This document shows positions 33,573-37,040 of a stretch of 37,040 nucleotides of DNA, piece by piece (position 1 is the stretch's first letter; the number at the start of each line of letters is the position of its first letter). The translations under genes were made by a program, and so were the position numbers. This stretch comes from Candidatus Omnitrophota bacterium (GTDB taxonomy: Bacteria > Omnitrophota > Gorgyraeia > Aquiviventales > Aquiviventaceae): assembly GCA_016206675.1 (NCBI GenBank), contig JACQRD010000047.1, positions 1 to 37,040 of the forward strand, read 5' to 3'. The notes below the pieces were generated by a model. That model did no database searches. It saw nothing but the letters and a program-made list of their open reading frames with translations, and was not told the DNA's origin.

Positions 33573-34721
33573 ATGCAAAAGACTGCGCTTTACGAGCGGC
33601 ATCGGCAGCTCGGTGCGAAGATGACCGACTTCCACGGCTGGGAGATGCCGCTGTATTACACCAGCATCCTGGAGGAGCACAAGGCGGTGCGCGAGGCGCT
33701 CGGCCTCTTCGACATCTCCCACATGGGGCAGGTGCTTGTGACCGGGCCCGATGCGGTGACCACACTCAACCACCTGGTGGTCAGCGACATGACCCAGGTG
33801 GGCAAGGAGCGCGCCTGCTACACGCTGATGCTCAACGAGCGCGGCGGCATCGTGGATGATCTGATCCTCTACCGCCTGGGGGAGGCGGAGTGGCTGGTGA
33901 TTGTCAACTGTGCGACCCATGCCGCCGATGTGGAGTGGCTGACTGGGCATGCGCAGGGGGGCACGACGGTGGCGGACATCAGCGAGGGCCGCGCGATTCT
34001 GGCGGTACAGGGGCCGCGGGCTAGCCGCGTGCTCGAAGAGATTCTCGATGCGAAGGTAGCGGGGCTGGGCCGCTTTGCGATTGCGCCGATCCGCACGATG
34101 GGACCGGACGCCTGTATTGCGCGCACCGGCTACACCGGCGGCGCCGGCTTCGAGCTGTTCGTGCCGAATGCCCACGCCAAGCGGGTCTGGGACGCCGTCT
34201 TGACGATGGCCAAGCCGCTGGGGGCCCTGCCGATTGGGCTGGGCGCGCGGGATACGCTGCGCGTTGAGGCGGGTTTGCGGCTCTACGGCACTGACATGGA
34301 TGCGCAGACCAGCCCAATTGAAGCCGGCCTTGACTGGACGGTCGCCTGGAACAAGACGGCGTTTCTCGGCCGCGAGGCGCTGTTGCGGCAGCAGCGGGAG
34401 GGCGTCGCACGGAAGTTCGTCGGTTTTGAGATGAGCCAGGGGCCGGTGCCGCGCGCCGGCCTTGAGCTGGCTGCCGTATCGGGCAAGGCCGCCGGGTTGA
34501 AGGTCGGGGCGGTGACCAGTGGCACCTACAGCCCGATTCTGAACAAGCCGCTGGGCATGGGCTACGTGGAGCCGGCGTATGCGGCGGTGGGCACGCCGCT
34601 GGCGATGACGGTGCGCAACCAGCGCCACACCGGCACCGTGGTGAAGCTGCCCTTTTGGAAAGGCGAGCGGACGCAACCGGCGCTCACAAGCGGAGCGCCA
34701 ACCGTGGAGCGATTGACGTAG
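33573..34721 (+). CDS. gcvT: Glycine cleavage T protein (aminomethyltransferase)
   Basis: GWEMPLYY, GLFDISHMG, ARTGYTG, GLGARDTLRVEAG. Confidence 0.96.
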   Translation: MQKTALYERHRQLGAKMTDFHGWEMPLYYTSILEEHKAVREALGLFDISHMGQVLVTGPDAVTTLNHLVVSDMTQVGKERACYTLMLNERGGIVDDLILYRLGEAEWLVIVNCATHAADVEWLTGHAQGGTTVADISEGRAILAVQGPRASRVLEEILDAKVAGLGRFAIAPIRTMGPDACIARTGYTGGAGFELFVPNAHAKRVWDAVLTMAKPLGALPIGLGARDTLRVEAGLRLYGTDMDAQTSPIEAGLDWTVAWNKTAFLGREALLRQQREGVARKFVGFEMSQGPVPRAGLELAAVSGKAAGLKVGAVTSGTYSPILNKPLGMGYVEPAYAAVGTPLAMTVRNQRHTGTVVKLPFWKGERTQPALTSGAPTVERLT

Positions 34722-34723
34722 TC

Positions 34724-35116
34724 ATGGCTTACCCCTCGGAGTTGCTGTACACCAAGACACATGAGTGGGCGCGGCGCGACGGCGAGGAGGCGGTCGTCGG
34801 CATCACTACCCACGCGCAGGAAGAGCTGCGGGATATCGTCTTCGTCGAGCTGCCCAAGGCGGGCCGCGCGGTCAAGCAGGGCGAGGCGGCGGCGGTGATC
34901 GAGTCGGTGAAGGCCGCCTTCGACATCTACGCGCCGGTTTCCGGCACCATCGCGCGGGTCAATGAGGCCGTCTCGAAATCGCCCCAGGTGATCAACCAAG
35001 ATTGCTACGGGGTGGGGTGGCTCTTTGCGATTCGGCCCTCCAGCCAGCAGGAGTTCACGACGCTGCTGAGTTCCGGCGCGTATGAGAAGCAACTCCAAGC
35101 AGGGACGCATCAGTAG
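34724..35116 (+). CDS. gcvH: Glycine cleavage H protein
   Basis: YTKTHEW, DIVFVELP, ESVKAA (lipoyl Lys), YGVGWL. Confidence 0.96.
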   Translation: MAYPSELLYTKTHEWARRDGEEAVVGITTHAQEELRDIVFVELPKAGRAVKQGEAAAVIESVKAAFDIYAPVSGTIARVNEAVSKSPQVINQDCYGVGWLFAIRPSSQQEFTTLLSSGAYEKQLQAGTHQ

Positions 35117-35149
35117 CAGTCAGCACACAGCAGACAGCACACAGTAGGA
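35115..35149. repeat. Heptamer tandem repeat at gcvH/gcvPA junction
   Basis: agcagtc agcacac agcagac agcacac agtagga. Confidence 0.7.
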
Positions 35150-35154
35150 AGACG

Positions 35155-36504
35155 ATGGATTACGTGCCGAATACCGACGCGCAGTTGAAAGAGATGCTGC
35201 GCACCATCGGGGTCGGCTCCTTCGAGGAGCTGATCGCGGTGGTCCCGCCGGCGCTGCACCAGCGCAGCGTGGAAGTGCCGCCGGGTCTTGTGGAATCGGA
35301 GGTTCTCGCGCTCACCGGCGAGCTGGCCGCCCGCAACCGGTCGCTGGAGGCCGTCAGCTCCTTTCTCGGCGCCGGCGCCTACCACCACGTGATTCCCACA
35401 GTGGTGGATGCGCTGGCGGCGCGCGGGGAGTGGCTGACCCCGTACACTCCGTATCAGGCGGAAGCCAGCCAGGGCACGCTGCAGGCCATCTATGAGTTTC
35501 AGACGATGGTCTGCGAATTGCTGCAGATGGACGTGGCCAACGCCTCGCTCTATGACGGGGCTTCCAGCGCGGCGGAGGCGGTGGTGCTGGCCCTGCGCGC
35601 CACGGAACGCCCGCGGGTCCTCATCTCGGAGGCGGTGCATCCTCACGCGCGGCAGGTCATCGCCACCTATGTCAGCGGCATGCCCGCGGTGCTTCAGGAG
35701 ATTCCGACAGTGAACGGCGTGACAGATCTTGAAGCGCTCGGCAAGGCCGCGCGGGATGATGTGGCCTGCGTGCTGCTGCAGCAGCCCAACGTCTTCGGGG
35801 TGCTGGAGCCGATGGCGCAGGCCGGCGAGTTGGCGCACCGCGTGGGGGCCTTGTTTGCGGCCTCTGTCTACCCGGTCAGCCTGGGGTTGCTGCAGCCGCC
35901 CGGCGCGTACGGGGCGGATATCGCCGTGGCGGAAGGCCGCTGCCTGGGCAGCCCGCCGGCGTACGGCGGGCCGGGATTGGGAGTGTTTACGACGACGCAG
36001 GCGCTGCTGCGTCGCATCCCCGGCCGGCTGGCCGGCTGCACCGTGGATCAGAGCGGCGCACGCGGCTTTACGCTCACCCTGCAAACACGGGAGCAGCACA
36101 TCCGCAGGGAGCGGGCGACCTCAAACATCTGCACGAACGAAGGGTGGTTGGCGCTGCGGGCGACGATCTTCCTCAGCTTGATGGGGCCGCACGGCATGCA
36201 GGAGCTGGCCCAGCTGAATCTTGAGAAGGCGCACTATGCGTACGAACGGTTGCGGGAAATCCCTTGGATCCATCCGGCATTCGACCAACCGTTCTTCAAC
36301 GAGTTCACCGTGCAGTACGAGCCGCCGATGACCGCCGAAGCGGTTAACAAACGTCTGGCGAGGGCGGGCATCATCGGCGGGCTGCCGCTCACTGACTGGT
36401 TCCCGGGGATGCCCCAGGCATCGCTGTGGTGCGTGACCGAGCTGGCCAGCCGCGAGGCAATCGACCGGACGGTTGAAGTATTGAAGAGTTTTACTCCAGT
36501 ATGA
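35155..36504 (+). CDS. gcvPA: Glycine dehydrogenase subunit 1
   Basis: YTPYQAEASQGTLQAIYEFQ, NASLYDG, LQTREQHIRRERATSNICTN. Confidence 0.96.
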   Translation: MDYVPNTDAQLKEMLRTIGVGSFEELIAVVPPALHQRSVEVPPGLVESEVLALTGELAARNRSLEAVSSFLGAGAYHHVIPTVVDALAARGEWLTPYTPYQAEASQGTLQAIYEFQTMVCELLQMDVANASLYDGASSAAEAVVLALRATERPRVLISEAVHPHARQVIATYVSGMPAVLQEIPTVNGVTDLEALGKAARDDVACVLLQQPNVFGVLEPMAQAGELAHRVGALFAASVYPVSLGLLQPPGAYGADIAVAEGRCLGSPPAYGGPGLGVFTTTQALLRRIPGRLAGCTVDQSGARGFTLTLQTREQHIRRERATSNICTNEGWLALRATIFLSLMGPHGMQELAQLNLEKAHYAYERLREIPWIHPAFDQPFFNEFTVQYEPPMTAEAVNKRLARAGIIGGLPLTDWFPGMPQASLWCVTELASREAIDRTVEVLKSFTPV

Positions 36505-36857
36505 CGGTGTGCCCCCTTTGTCAGAAACAGATTTGTAGGCTTCGCGTAAAGCACCGGTGGCCATGGCAGCGAGCAAGGACATGGGGAACTCTGATCGTGG
36601 AGTGTCGGGAATGCGGAGGAGAATTGCTGGCGCCACGTCTGAGCGCGTGGTTGTGGGGTTTTACCATGCTGTTTTCGTTTGTGTTCGTAGCTGTCCAACG
36701 ATGGCTTGAGGGAGAGTTCCGCTTATCTTCAATGCTGGTTGCCTTCGGCATCTGGCTCGTGCTTATGGGAAGTCTATTACGAGTGATCGCTGTGAAAGAT
36801 GGATGGGGTAATTGCCCTACGTTGATGCCGTTTAAAGGACAGAGGTCATCAACGTGA
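36501..36857 (+). CDS. Hypothetical membrane protein with two CxxC motifs
   Basis: CPLC and CREC, two hydrophobic helices; overlaps both neighbours by 4 nt; visibly more AT-rich. Confidence 0.6.
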   Translation: MTVCPLCQKQICRLRVKHRWPWQRARTWGTLIVECRECGGELLAPRLSAWLWGFTMLFSFVFVAVQRWLEGEFRLSSMLVAFGIWLVLMGSLLRVIAVKDGWGNCPTLMPFKGQRSST

Positions 36858-37040
36858 GCAGGTCACTAATTTTTGAGCAGTCGGTGCCAGGTCGCCGCGG
36901 GTATCGTTTGCCGCCCGGCGATGTGCCCTCGCGTTCGCCCTCGGAGCTCTTGCCGGCTGAGCAGGTGCGCGCTGGCACGCCGCCGCTTCCGGAGGTGGCA
37001 GAGTTTGACGTCATCCGCCATTACACGCGGCTCTCCCAGC
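36854..37040 (+). CDS. gcvPB: Glycine dehydrogenase subunit 2, 5' part (runs off window)
   Basis: GTG start; translates as SRSLIFEQSVPGRRGY...LPEVAEFDVIRHYTRLSQ. Confidence 0.93.
   Translation, partial: MSRSLIFEQSVPGRRGYRLPPGDVPSRSPSELLPAEQVRAGTPPLPEVAEFDVIRHYTRLSQ

Noticed and set aside
1-37040. CRISPR array, tRNA, rRNA or transposase
   Set aside because: No regularly spaced repeat-spacer units, cloverleafs, rRNA motifs or transposase motifs seen

Overview
GC-rich bacterial chromosomal window; all supported genes are on + except one toxin-antitoxin pair. There are three blocks. (1) 11-22588 is a large surface-glycan/EPS locus: fused glycosyltransferases, a 1611-aa lyase/hydrolase-like fusion, a deacetylase, a GMC oxidoreductase with a Tat-signal partner and tatA, a sulfotransferase, a pyruvyl transferase, a phosphodiesterase-like protein, an aldo-keto reductase and pgpA. 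It is interrupted by a TA pair bracketed by REP-like palindromes. (2) 22894-30501 is a PEP-CTERM/exosortase module: priming sugar transferase, a tiny lipobox+PEP-CTERM protein, TPR protein, exosortase, EpsI, histidine kinase, sigma54 activator and a PocR-like protein. Three sigma54-type promoters occur in the window. (3) 31068-end is a one-carbon/glycine-cleavage operon (fchA-like, atypical folD, metF, gcvT, gcvH, gcvPA, partial gcvPB) behind a consensus sigma70 promoter containing a Rex/CRP-type palindrome. The most unusual item is the intergenic element at 30593-30976: two ~180-nt covarying hairpins that are inverted copies of each other and that I cannot assign to a known class. Many gene junctions carry short palindromic or 7/8-mer repeat insertions. 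A PVC-group host such as Omnitrophota is an impression only. All calls come from reading motifs by eye; no searches or folding programs were run.
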